This document shows positions 7,330 through 16,746 of a stretch of 46,134 bases of DNA, in pieces. The stretch is from IMG/VR virus record IMGVR_UViG_3300028585_000498, positions 1-46,134 of that record; one strand, written 5' to 3'. Positions within the stretch are counted from its first letter, which is position 1. Every line of letters begins with the position of its first letter. The notes beneath the pieces were generated by a model. The model saw only the letters and a program-made list of their open reading frames with translations. It did no database searches and was not told where the DNA came from. Made by a program: the position numbers and the translations under genes. Source of the DNA: a virus. Its lineage: Duplodnaviria; Caudoviricetes.

Positions 7330-9990
7330 TTAAACATGGGGTTCGTCGTACAGCTTGGCGGCATTACTCCTCGCCGCGTCCGCCATCATTCGCTGCATGT
7401 GCGGCAGCAGATCCTGCGCCAAGGTTTGCGGGTCTTTCACGTCGCCCTGCACCGTGACCGGCATGCTCAGCGAATACTGAAACTGCTGATCCACCTTGGC
7501 CGGTACCGGTTTTTCTGGCTCCTTGGGTTGAATGGCGAGCGCCGCCGACTTGAGCGGCGCCGTCACCGCCATCGAGCGCGCGACATCCCCCAGCACCGGG
7601 CCTTGCTGCGCCGCTGATGCCATCATGAGCGGCGTGGTCGGCACCGGCGCCTTTGCCGTTTGCTCGGGCTTTTCATCCTCACCGCCGAACAGCGACTTAC
7701 CCAACGACCCGCCCAGCGCCGCACCGCCCTGACTGCCCAGGTAAGCACCGATCATGCCGCCGATCGCGGTGCCGATGATCGGCACGACCGAACCAATGGC
7801 GGCGCCTGCTGCTGCACCGGCCATGGTGCCGGCCAGGTTGCCGGCAGCCGAACCGTAACCTTCGGCTTTTTCGTCCTTGGTCTTGGCGTTTTGAAAGGTT
7901 TCAAGCGCCATCGCGCCGGACTCCAGCAGCGTGCCGCCAGGAATGACCTTGGCCACCTTGCCGGCCTTGCCGACGGTTTCGGCGACGACGCCAAGCTTGG
8001 ACAATGCCCCGCCAGGAACGGAAGGGACTGATGGCGACGGGATCGAAACAGGTGGCCGCGAAACCGGAACAGATGGACGTGAAACCGGAACAGGTGGACG
8101 AGGCACAGACGGACGAGGACCTCTCGAACTCGGCAACGACCGGCGCCGAGCGCTGCGCCCTGACCCACGCCTACGTCGGCGCGATTCGCCCGACGCATCC
8201 ACACCGCCACCCATAGCGCCGGCATTTACGACGAAAACCTTCTTGACGCCGTCGTTACCTGCACCACTGTCAGTACCAAGGCCGCCGCCTGTTGCCGCTT
8301 CCTTCACCCGCGAAACAACATCCAGGCCAGTCGCTACCAGATCAAGTTCTCCGGGGTTTTTATTTGGGGCTTCGCTCCCATTTCTGCCACCGCGCGACCC
8401 ACGCGCAAGGTTTAGCAGCCCCTTGCTGATCTTGATCGTGCTGAAGATACCCTTTAAGGCGATCAGCCCCGCCCCGACCGTGGCGATACCGGCAACTACC
8501 CCGGGCGCGCTATCAGTCAGCGACGTAATGCCTTTAGTAACCTTGGTCAACGACTCGGCCACGGTGTCCGTCACCGGGCGCAGCGCATCACCGATGCTGC
8601 GCATGGCGTCATCCATCGACTGGGCCATTTCTGCCCATTTCTGCAATGACGACTCGCGCCGCTCGGCGAGGTTCTTGTCGAGGATCCCGGTCGCGTCACG
8701 CGAATCGTTTTTGAGCTGGCTGTACAGCGCCTTGTTCTGCATGTAGGCCGACAGTGCGGCCTTGACCTGCATGTCGGCGAACAGGTCGCCGGTGCGCAGG
8801 GATTCTTCCAGCGAGGCCATCATGGCCTTGGCCTTCTCCGGGTCGGCTTCCTTGCTGATTTTTGACGTGGCTTCGGCCATGGCCGCCGCACGCTTCGGAT
8901 CGGTCGCCTGAATGTATTTCTGAGCCAGCGCCATACTGGTTTCGAGCGTCGACATGCCGTTTTGCAAACCGGTCTGCATCGATCCCTTGTAATCAATCCC
9001 GGCTTTTTCGTAAGCCTTGACCGTATCAGTCGAGCCGATTTTGCCCATCCAGTTTTTCAGGTTGTTGGCCGCCTCATCCGAACTGCCGGCCTGCTTCATC
9101 TGCACCTGCAACATGGCGCCCAATTGCGTCACCGCATCCAAGCCGGTGATGCCGTTGCTGGCCATGTTGGCCAGCAGTTCCGGGAACCACTTGGCCATGT
9201 CGGCCGCTTCAAAGCTGCCCGCCTGACCTTGGTAGGCGATCGCCTCCAGCGCCTGCTGCATCTGCTTGGGGTCGGTGATCTTGGCGTTCTGTCCCAGGGC
9301 GTTGATCATCTTCGCCGTGTCGACACCACTGGATCCCTGCCCCACGACAAACTTGGCCGCGACAGGCGCGTATTCCAGCGCCTTGCTCAAGTCCATACCG
9401 GCGCCGACCAACTGATTGACCACGTCGGCCACATCGTTGCGCGCCATGCCGGTATCGCGTGACGTGTCGATGATCTTGCGCGACATCTCCTGCTCTTGCG
9501 GCTTGTTGGCAATGCCGGCCTTGATCGCGATGTCTCGCACAATGGCGCCAAAATCAGCGCTGACCTTGGCCGGCACCGCCATGGCACCGACACCCACAAC
9601 CGCAGCACCGACAGCGCCCTTCATGCCCTTTACGCCAGAATCAATCTGCTGATGACCCTTAGCTTTCAGCTCGGCTTTGTTGGCCATCTGCCCCATCGAG
9701 CGATAGGCTTTTTCCAGCCGGCCGACCTCGACCCCCTGCTTTTTCAAGCTGTCGAGGTTCGAGTTCAAACGACTGAGTAATTTGGACGCACCGGCAGCGC
9801 CGGTGTCGTGAGCCTTTTTCCATTCTTCGCGCAGGCGGATGGTGTCGCCAATCGTGCGCTGCAGCACGCGCGCTTTGTTGCCTTCAGCCTCAAGGCGCTT
9901 GATGCGCCCGGTCACATCCTTGAACGCGGCGCCTACCGTGGAACTGACGGCACCGCCGATCACCAGCCCGAGGGCGAGTTTGTTTGCCAT
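7330..9990 (-). CDS. Tail tape measure protein
   Basis: 886 aa, Ala/Gly-rich helical, follows the chaperone gene. Confidence 0.92.
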   Translation of the reverse strand: MANKLALGLVIGGAVSSTVGAAFKDVTGRIKRLEAEGNKARVLQRTIGDTIRLREEWKKAHDTGAAGASKLLSRLNSNLDSLKKQGVEVGRLEKAYRSMGQMANKAELKAKGHQQIDSGVKGMKGAVGAAVVGVGAMAVPAKVSADFGAIVRDIAIKAGIANKPQEQEMSRKIIDTSRDTGMARNDVADVVNQLVGAGMDLSKALEYAPVAAKFVVGQGSSGVDTAKMINALGQNAKITDPKQMQQALEAIAYQGQAGSFEAADMAKWFPELLANMASNGITGLDAVTQLGAMLQVQMKQAGSSDEAANNLKNWMGKIGSTDTVKAYEKAGIDYKGSMQTGLQNGMSTLETSMALAQKYIQATDPKRAAAMAEATSKISKEADPEKAKAMMASLEESLRTGDLFADMQVKAALSAYMQNKALYSQLKNDSRDATGILDKNLAERRESSLQKWAEMAQSMDDAMRSIGDALRPVTDTVAESLTKVTKGITSLTDSAPGVVAGIATVGAGLIALKGIFSTIKISKGLLNLARGSRGGRNGSEAPNKNPGELDLVATGLDVVSRVKEAATGGGLGTDSGAGNDGVKKVFVVNAGAMGGGVDASGESRRRRRGSGRSARRRSLPSSRGPRPSVPRPPVPVSRPSVPVSRPPVSIPSPSVPSVPGGALSKLGVVAETVGKAGKVAKVIPGGTLLESGAMALETFQNAKTKDEKAEGYGSAAGNLAGTMAGAAAGAAIGSVVPIIGTAIGGMIGAYLGSQGGAALGGSLGKSLFGGEDEKPEQTAKAPVPTTPLMMASAAQQGPVLGDVARSMAVTAPLKSAALAIQPKEPEKPVPAKVDQQFQYSLSMPVTVQGDVKDPQTLAQDLLPHMQRMMADAARSNAAKLYDEPHV

Positions 9991-10028
9991 GTCATGGCCC
10001 TCATGTGCCCAGCACTACCGATGGCGGC

Positions 10029-10145
10029 TCAATCCGTGAGCCACCACACCATATCCGCGAACGGCATCGACTGGATCTCAGCGGCGGAAAATCCGGTTTC
10101 CGCCGCCAGACGTTTCGCTGCCGACTTGATAACGCTGGGGTTAAA
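10029..10145 (-). CDS. gpE'-like frameshift extension of tail chaperone
   Basis: +1 frame after CTT-TAA reads (F)NPSVIKSAAKRLAAETGFSAAEIQSMPFADMVWWLTD; no usable independent start. Confidence 0.65.
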   Translation of the reverse strand, partial: FNPSVIKSAAKRLAAETGFSAAEIQSMPFADMVWWLTD

Positions 10146-10740
10146 GCCCGTCGTCGTTGTCCATGCGAAAATAGCCGGCCTGCAAGCGGTTAAAATCCAC
10201 CAGCTTCAGCCCCTCCAGATCCGCGACAGGTGCACCGGACAATGCAGCAAACAACACCAGCTCGCGCTGCTCATCGTCACCACCCACCTCACGGTTGGCC
10301 GCCCGCACGTCGCCCACGGTCGGCGAACGCAAGGCCAGCTTGTCCACGGTCACGCCGTTGATTTCACTCGGGCACGACAGCGTCACCAGCACCTGGTCGG
10401 TGGTCAGCGACAACCAAGCCGGCATCGAGTCCGAATAATCGGTTTTCGGTACCAGGTGCGAATACGCCGTTTGCACGCGGCGATAATCCGTCAGCTTGAG
10501 GCCTTCCAGATCCTTCAGTCCGACTTCGGCCAAACCGGCGAACAGCATCAGTTCGCGCTGTTCATCATCGCCGTTGGCGGCACGGTCGGCCGCGCGCACT
10601 TCACGCACAGTCGGGTTACGCAGGTTCAACGTCTCCACGTCGATGCTGTTGGCCTTGCTTGGCCGGGTCAGCGTTACAACAGCGCCGAGTGCACTGAGCG
10701 ACAACCAGGCCGGCAGGTTTTTTGCGATTGCTTGAGTCAT
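10141..10740 (-). CDS. Tail assembly chaperone, two tandem gpE/gp41-like domains
   Basis: Between tube and TMP genes; repeated PAWLSL..LR.PTV..VRAA..GDDEQREL.LFA..DLEGLKL.D. Confidence 0.88.
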   Translation of the reverse strand: MTQAIAKNLPAWLSLSALGAVVTLTRPSKANSIDVETLNLRNPTVREVRAADRAANGDDEQRELMLFAGLAEVGLKDLEGLKLTDYRRVQTAYSHLVPKTDYSDSMPAWLSLTTDQVLVTLSCPSEINGVTVDKLALRSPTVGDVRAANREVGGDDEQRELVLFAALSGAPVADLEGLKLVDFNRLQAGYFRMDNDDGL

Positions 10741-10753
10741 CTGAATCTATTCC

Positions 10754-11257
10754 TTACAGGCCGAGCGCCTGGCGCACTTCGAGCAGTTGGTCTTTGCCGT
10801 CGATCACCTGAATGCCGGCGACCATGTCGATCTCGTACATCAGGCGCCCGTCGATTTCGAGCTTGTAGTACGTGACCGCAACGGCGTGTTTGATCTCGGC
10901 AGCATCACCGGCTTTCCAGTCACCGAGATCTACCTCTTTGAGGCGACCGCGCAGGGTGGCGACGACTGCTGTTACCGCGCCCTTCTGGCCCTTGAAGGCA
11001 CCACGGAACGTGGCGTTGAACGCGGTGCCGTCAGCCAGACCGAAGTATTTGAGCGACTCGCGGCGCACACCCTTGGTGACAAACGAGGCTTCCATTTTCT
11101 CCAGCCCCTGATCCATCTCGATGGGGCCGGCCATGCCACCCCCACGATATTCGTCGGTCTTGGTGGTCAGCTTGGGCAGCGTCAGGCTCGGCACGTCGCC
11201 GGAGAAGTTCACGCCGTCGACGAACAGGTTGGTGTTGTACAAAGTCTGAGGAATCAT
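10754..11257 (-). CDS. Major tail tube protein (P2 FII-like)
   Basis: LPKLT..YRGGGM..YYKLEIDG. Confidence 0.93.
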   Translation of the reverse strand: MIPQTLYNTNLFVDGVNFSGDVPSLTLPKLTTKTDEYRGGGMAGPIEMDQGLEKMEASFVTKGVRRESLKYFGLADGTAFNATFRGAFKGQKGAVTAVVATLRGRLKEVDLGDWKAGDAAEIKHAVAVTYYKLEIDGRLMYEIDMVAGIQVIDGKDQLLEVRQALGL

Positions 11258-11270
11258 TTGCTACGCCCCC

Positions 11271-12437
11271 TTAGGCTGCTTCAAGCACTTCGGTCATCCA
11301 CTGATCGGTGACTTCGAAAAGGAAATTCGGGTTCTCTGCCGGCGGCACGTCGGTGAAACGGATGCGCCAATACACCTTGCCCTGGGCGATCTGGCTGGCC
11401 GTGTTCAGTTCGGTGTCGGGGAACACTTCAAAGTTGATGATTGCGCCCTGGGCTTTCAGGTCGCGCATGAACGCATCGAGACCGTTGGTGACATCGGTCA
11501 CGTAGGTCTTGGTGATCGAGCGGTCGACCGCCCACTTGTGCCCGGCCTGCACCGCGTCCATGAGGATGAACAGCGTGCGAACGCGGGTAACGAATGCCCA
11601 CTTCGGATCGCTCGACAGCGTGCGATTGCCCCACAGGCGGTAACCGTCGTCGCGAATGATCGTGGTGATATTGGCGTTGTTGAGCAGATTGGCCCGGCAG
11701 GTTTCGTCGCCGTCCAGGTACTCGACCGCGCGACCGGTACCGGTGATGCCGGTCAACTCCTTGTTCGAAGGCGAGGCCCAGAAACCGTATTCAGCATCCG
11801 TCCAGGCAAACAGGCCCGCTGCCCAAGCCGAACCGGGTGCGTCGACGGTCTTGCTGGTGATGGTGTCCCAATACTTCACGCCTGGGTCGACCATGAACAG
11901 GTTGCGACTGCCGAAGTTATCGGCGTAGGCCATGGCGGCCTCGTCAGTGGTGCCAGGGCCGTCGATGATGCCGATGGCGCGCAGTTTCTGCGCCAGGCTA
12001 TCGAGCGCGGTGGCCACCGCCTGAGTGGCCGTGTGGCCCGGTGCGATCAACAGCCGCGGCTGGGCGTTGAACAGGCTCTTGCCGTCGAGCAGCGCCTGCA
12101 GGCCGGTACGCTGACCCGAGACCAGCTCGCCGCCAATGATCGCTGAGGTTTGCAGCGCCGCGTCTTCCAGCTTGGGCACGCCGATGGCGACGATCACTGC
12201 CTTGGCTTTGACATAGATCGCCTTACACGCCTTGGTGATCGCTGAATCGGCGCCGAAGGCGGCAATGGCTTCGCGCTCGGTGGTGATCAACTTCAGTTCG
12301 CCGGCTTTGGCAGTACCGCCGCCGAGGACACCTGGGGTGAAGGTGTCACACAAACCAATAATCGACGACGACGGCAGCGAGATGGTGCGCGCGCCTGTGT
12401 CGACCGAGGTGGTCGTGACGCCGTGGAAAAAACTCAT
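11271..12437 (-). CDS. Tail sheath protein (P2 FI-like)
   Basis: FFHGV, PRLLIAPG, GFWASPSN, GYRLWGNRT. Confidence 0.95.
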   Translation of the reverse strand: MSFFHGVTTTSVDTGARTISLPSSSIIGLCDTFTPGVLGGGTAKAGELKLITTEREAIAAFGADSAITKACKAIYVKAKAVIVAIGVPKLEDAALQTSAIIGGELVSGQRTGLQALLDGKSLFNAQPRLLIAPGHTATQAVATALDSLAQKLRAIGIIDGPGTTDEAAMAYADNFGSRNLFMVDPGVKYWDTITSKTVDAPGSAWAAGLFAWTDAEYGFWASPSNKELTGITGTGRAVEYLDGDETCRANLLNNANITTIIRDDGYRLWGNRTLSSDPKWAFVTRVRTLFILMDAVQAGHKWAVDRSITKTYVTDVTNGLDAFMRDLKAQGAIINFEVFPDTELNTASQIAQGKVYWRIRFTDVPPAENPNFLFEVTDQWMTEVLEAA

Positions 12438-12540
12438 AAGGGTCAGTCTCCAGAAACGAAAAAGCCCCGCATGAGCGAGGCTGTGAGGGTGTTGTTGTTA
12501 CGCGCAACGGAATGAAAAACGCTCCGTCAGTGAGGGGCGC

Positions 12541-12969
12541 TTATTGGATTTGCTCGATGAACCACGGCGGCGCGATCGGGCGGTGATCGATCATTGGGAA
12601 TTGATCCCCTTGTGGCCAGTCGCGCAACAGGCGGCGATAGCCTTGCAGCTCGGAGTATTGCTCAGTCGTGATCGAGGTCGACGCGCCTTCTTCAACCTCG
12701 TCGCGATGGCGTGAAACCAGAGGGTCAGTAGCCGCTAATTGCCGATCACGCCAAACACGCTCAGCGGCGGCCAGCTCCTCAGCGCCAGGCGGTGTCGGCT
12801 CGATCAGGACAGGACGGCCAGACTCGTCAGCTACGATGGCCATTCCGGAAGACTGCCCATCTAATAGCTCGCGATGACTCTCGCGGGAAACCTCTACACC
12901 ATCATCTGGAATAGCCTCGATAATGGTGCTGTCGTAGAAACCGAGTTCAGTTGCACTAAAGAAAATCAC
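12541..12969 (-). CDS. Tail fibre assembly chaperone
   Basis: FS....GFY..ER.WRD..L..YR..LRDWP; follows fibre gene; GTG start inferred. Confidence 0.8.
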   Translation of the reverse strand: MIFFSATELGFYDSTIIEAIPDDGVEVSRESHRELLDGQSSGMAIVADESGRPVLIEPTPPGAEELAAAERVWRDRQLAATDPLVSRHRDEVEEGASTSITTEQYSELQGYRRLLRDWPQGDQFPMIDHRPIAPPWFIEQIQ

Positions 12970-12971
12970 AG

Positions 12972-14633
12972 TCAGTTCCCCCATACGCGCCAAAAAATGA
13001 CAGGGTTTACAGACAAGTTTGGCCCCGAGTTCGCATTGACCAAAATGCTATTCAGGCTGCTACCGTTCTTTCTGACCCCAGCGGTAGAAAACTCTGCCGC
13101 CCCCGCCTGTGCTGATAAAGGTACTGAGACAACCGCCCCAAAAATTGCGTTAGGGAACGCAGTTGGCAGGATAACGGTTGCCTCGGCATTATCTGTAACA
13201 GCTACAGATCCCCACTGCTCGATCAACCCTGACGGGAGCTTCTGGTATCCGTTTTGCCCGAGGCTCGCCATAAATCCTTGCCTGAGCTTTTTAGGCGTGA
13301 CGATTGTCGTGTCATCGGTCCCGGCATCAAACTGCGCCTGCGTGGCGATCTTGGCCGTGCCCAGCTTGATTTCGGTGGCCTGAGTCGCCAGCGCCGCGAG
13401 CGCAGCAATGTCGATGTTTCCCTGATTGATCGGCGCGTTCCACGCCTTAATGCACCACACCACGGACAAGTTGCGCGGGCGAGCGCCCACCAACGAGCCA
13501 TTCTGGTAAGCCACCGTCCCATTAGCGAACGTTACACCCGCTGAATCCATAGGATCGATAGTTGCGCCCGTATTGGGATAATCCGCCTTATCAACCCTGT
13601 CGCCACTTACCGCAGCAATGCCAGCAACATAGTCAGGTGTACCCGCCAAAAGTTGATAAGCCGCTGTAGTCGCTTGTTTAGCAAGACCATCAGGCCCCAC
13701 TGCATCGATACCGACCAATGTGGCTTTTTGAAAGCTACCTATTGCCCGACCAACATCAACGCCCCGGCCATGATCCCAACCACGCAGAAACTCGCCACGC
13801 GATTCCGGCAAACGGAAGTTGCCTGCGCCCTCGTCGCCCTTGTTGAAGGCCGCACCAAGGAATGCCGCCAGATCGGGATAAACCGCAATGCTTTTGACGC
13901 TGTTATCAAGTTCCAGAAATCCGGGGGGAACTTTGTCCAGCGGAAACGAAACCATCGTGCCCACCGGCAACGCCGAGGCCTGGGCAATCATCGCCTCGAT
14001 TTCCGGTTTCGTGTAGGTGTCCTTGATGCCCATACCGGCGAGCGTTTCCGGGTTATCACCCGACACGACAACTCCGCGTTCATTGACCTTGACCCGGGTG
14101 TATTCGCCCGGAATCTTGTTCTTCGGCAACACCTCCAGAATGGCCGCGTCGACGTAGGCCCGCGAGGCCAGCACAATCGCTGGGTCAATCTTGAGCTGAA
14201 TGTTGCCGGTGCTGGTGACAATGAAGTTCATCCGCACGATTTGCGTGCGACCCGAGCCTTGTGACAGCAGAGGCTTGAAGCTTGGCGCGCAGTTGGCGAC
14301 CGCCACCAGATCGCCGTCCGCATCGTAGAGGCCGATTTCGCGGATCCACTTACCGCCCTCGTCGGCTGGGATGATCTGCTCGGCGATGATCACCGCCGGG
14401 TTGACCGGGTCGATCTTCAGTTGGTTGAGCGGCTTGCGGCGCCACTCGTTGATCAACTTGGTCTGACCGGCCGTTGGGACGGGGTTGGGCGGATCCGCCA
14501 GCCCGTTTGGGTTGGCATCTCCCACGCCCATTTGCGTGATCAGCCAAGGAATGCCGAGCGCGTCGGCATTCGCCTGCTTGGCCATCCCCACGTTCGTGAG
14601 GATCGCGAAAAACTGCGAATTCGCATCAATCAT
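12972..14633 (-). CDS. Tail fibre protein (P2 gpH-like N-terminus, tail-collar domain)
   Basis: GGKWIREIGL, PVGTMVSF, LPESRGEFLRGWD, YQKLPSGLIEQWG. Confidence 0.92.
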   Translation of the reverse strand: MIDANSQFFAILTNVGMAKQANADALGIPWLITQMGVGDANPNGLADPPNPVPTAGQTKLINEWRRKPLNQLKIDPVNPAVIIAEQIIPADEGGKWIREIGLYDADGDLVAVANCAPSFKPLLSQGSGRTQIVRMNFIVTSTGNIQLKIDPAIVLASRAYVDAAILEVLPKNKIPGEYTRVKVNERGVVVSGDNPETLAGMGIKDTYTKPEIEAMIAQASALPVGTMVSFPLDKVPPGFLELDNSVKSIAVYPDLAAFLGAAFNKGDEGAGNFRLPESRGEFLRGWDHGRGVDVGRAIGSFQKATLVGIDAVGPDGLAKQATTAAYQLLAGTPDYVAGIAAVSGDRVDKADYPNTGATIDPMDSAGVTFANGTVAYQNGSLVGARPRNLSVVWCIKAWNAPINQGNIDIAALAALATQATEIKLGTAKIATQAQFDAGTDDTTIVTPKKLRQGFMASLGQNGYQKLPSGLIEQWGSVAVTDNAEATVILPTAFPNAIFGAVVSVPLSAQAGAAEFSTAGVRKNGSSLNSILVNANSGPNLSVNPVIFWRVWGN

Positions 14634-15234
14634 AATAAACGTCCAGGGTATCAATGGTGTGTTCGCGGCCGACCACGCCAAAGCTGCCAGTGACCTCGAT
14701 GTCACGCATGACGGGCGGGTAAACGTCGATTTCATCGCCTTCATAAAGGGCCACGGCGATATTCAAATTGCCTTGAGTTTCCAGGCTGATGGCCAGCCCG
14801 GTTAGTTGCCGGGTGACGGGCTTGGCATCGTCAATCAGGCGATCCAGTTCCTGATACATTTCTTCGGTAATGCCGGTATCAAGAACCCCGACCTTCAGCG
14901 CGAAGGTGCCCGGCACGCCCTCGGGCACGGTCTGAAACCACTCGACAATCTCGATCAGATAGCCCAGCGGCTCTACCACGCGGCGCAACGCGCCGATGGT
15001 GCCTTTGTGCTTATGGATGTAGTACGACGCCTTGATGGCCGCGCGTTTGGTTGCTTCTGTCCAGCGGTAATCCCAACGGTCCACCGACCACGCCCATGCC
15101 AGATGCGGCAGTAGATGAACCGGGCAGGTATCAGCGTTGTAGAGGTCGCGCAGAGGGACAATCGTCTTTTCGAAGAACGCGGCCTCCATGGCCCGTTCCA
15201 ATTGCGTGCTGTTGAGCGGTAGGAGACTTTTCAT
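14626..15234 (-). CDS. Tail protein I (P2 gpI-like)
   Basis: SLLPLN, LLPHLAWAWSVDRW, HKHKGT. Confidence 0.92.
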   Translation of the reverse strand: MKSLLPLNSTQLERAMEAAFFEKTIVPLRDLYNADTCPVHLLPHLAWAWSVDRWDYRWTEATKRAAIKASYYIHKHKGTIGALRRVVEPLGYLIEIVEWFQTVPEGVPGTFALKVGVLDTGITEEMYQELDRLIDDAKPVTRQLTGLAISLETQGNLNIAVALYEGDEIDVYPPVMRDIEVTGSFGVVGREHTIDTLDVYYD

Positions 15235-15235
15235 A

Positions 15236-16117
15236 TCAGCCCGCCAGCCTCACGTTGTAGCGCGTACAGAAAGCCGCTTGCGCCTTGGTCGGGGCCAGAT
15301 CCTGCCACCCGACCAACTCAACCCGGGCAACGCCGGCAACGTGCAACTGAGCGTCAACAGCCGAGCGCGCGACCTCAACGCCCAAGCGCTTGCGTGGATT
15401 GATCCAGGCTGCCAAGCGGCTTTTCGCTTCGGCCAAACTGGCATCCGCTTCCGGGCCAGCGCTGGCCATGTGCAAGATGGCGTCAATCTCGTAACGGATC
15501 ACCTGCGCGCTCTGCACAGTCACCCGATCACCCACGGGCCGCACGTCATCGTCATTCAGAGCAGCGGCCACAGTAGCCAGCAGTTCCGGCGGCGCTTCGC
15601 CTTCCCCGTCCAACCCCAGCACTGTGACCGTGACGTAACAGGGCTTCGGGCTTTCGGCCGTGGCATCTGCTACTAGCCCAGAGGCGTTACGCGCATGCAG
15701 GATGTAGCTGTTACGCGGGCCGGCCGTGGTCAACCCCTCATAGGCCAACTGGATGCGCTCGCGAAACGGATCGTCGTCTTCCATGACCCTGGGCACCGGC
15801 GGCACCGCCAGCAGATCCTCGGCCTGAATGACCAGGCGCTTCAGATTGACGTTTGCGCCCAAGTGATCGAGGTCACCGCGAATGGCATGCGCGAGTAACA
15901 GCGCCTTGCCGGCATCATTGACTCGGGCGCGGTTGCCGACCTTGTTGTAAGCCCCGACCTCAAGCACTTTGACCACTGGATCGCTTTCCAGCGCGGCCGT
16001 CCAGTTGCCGCCCATGTACCCGCGAAACACGCTCAGCCCGTCCTGATACACCTCTTCGAAGTCCAGAGGCTCCAGCACAGTCGGCGCTGGCAGCGATGAC
16101 AGATCTACGGTACTCAT
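15236..16117 (-). CDS. Baseplate J protein
   Basis: DLSSLPAP, ESDP, TAGPRNSY, VRPVGDRVTV. Confidence 0.93.
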   Translation of the reverse strand: MSTVDLSSLPAPTVLEPLDFEEVYQDGLSVFRGYMGGNWTAALESDPVVKVLEVGAYNKVGNRARVNDAGKALLLAHAIRGDLDHLGANVNLKRLVIQAEDLLAVPPVPRVMEDDDPFRERIQLAYEGLTTAGPRNSYILHARNASGLVADATAESPKPCYVTVTVLGLDGEGEAPPELLATVAAALNDDDVRPVGDRVTVQSAQVIRYEIDAILHMASAGPEADASLAEAKSRLAAWINPRKRLGVEVARSAVDAQLHVAGVARVELVGWQDLAPTKAQAAFCTRYNVRLAG

Positions 16118-16440
16118 GCGGCCACCTCCAACGTGACGCTGTCGCCCAGGTACGTCCCGACGATTTGCAAATTGATTTGCCCGCCAATGACGGAAATGAC
16201 GCGCACCTGATCCAACTTCAAGCGCGGCTCCCAGCGCCCGAGAGCGCGTGCGACCTCAGCCTGTACGGCGCTTTTCCAGCCTTCGTTGATGGGCAAATCG
16301 ATAAACCGCCGTAGCTTGCTGCCGTATTCCATACGGTGCCGACGACTGCCCAGCGGCGTGCTCAAGATGTCGGCAATGGATTGGCGAAGGTGCTCGATGC
16401 CGGATATGGGTAGGCCGGTCTGGCGATCCATTCCGATCAT
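16114..16440 (-). CDS. Baseplate wedge protein (P2 gpW/gp25-like)
   Basis: HLRQSIADILSTPLGSR, RWEPR. Confidence 0.92.
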   Translation of the reverse strand: MIGMDRQTGLPISGIEHLRQSIADILSTPLGSRRHRMEYGSKLRRFIDLPINEGWKSAVQAEVARALGRWEPRLKLDQVRVISVIGGQINLQIVGTYLGDSVTLEVAA

Positions 16441-16445
16441 CGATG

Positions 16446-16694
16446 TCACTCCTTGAACGGCTCGTATTCTTCGCTGGCTTTCAGGAACTTGACCGCCTCG
16501 ATGTCGGAGGCCGGCACCACGACCGTCGCCTTGTCGACCGGATAGGAACGGTCAGTACCGGGCACGATCAACAGTCGCGACGTGTAGAGTTTGTCGCGGA
16601 ATTTCAAGGACTCAGGCGATGAGTAAGTTGAGGATGACAATGCCGGTTCGGAGGACACTTGCACCTCGGTGACGGTCGTATCGATCTTGGCCAT
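16446..16694 (-). CDS. Hypothetical protein
   Basis: Start MAKIDT after GGAG; GTGA/ATG packing with neighbours. Confidence 0.6.
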   Translation of the reverse strand: MAKIDTTVTEVQVSSEPALSSSTYSSPESLKFRDKLYTSRLLIVPGTDRSYPVDKATVVVPASDIEAVKFLKASEEYEPFKE

Positions 16695-16746
16695 GTATTT
16701 CTCCAGGCATGAAAAAGCCCGCACTGGACGGGCTGTCGTGAATGAA

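Noticed and set aside
12972-14633. Diversity-generating retroelement or invertible fibre cassette
   Set aside because: No reverse transcriptase, template/variable repeat pair, invertase or second fibre end seen
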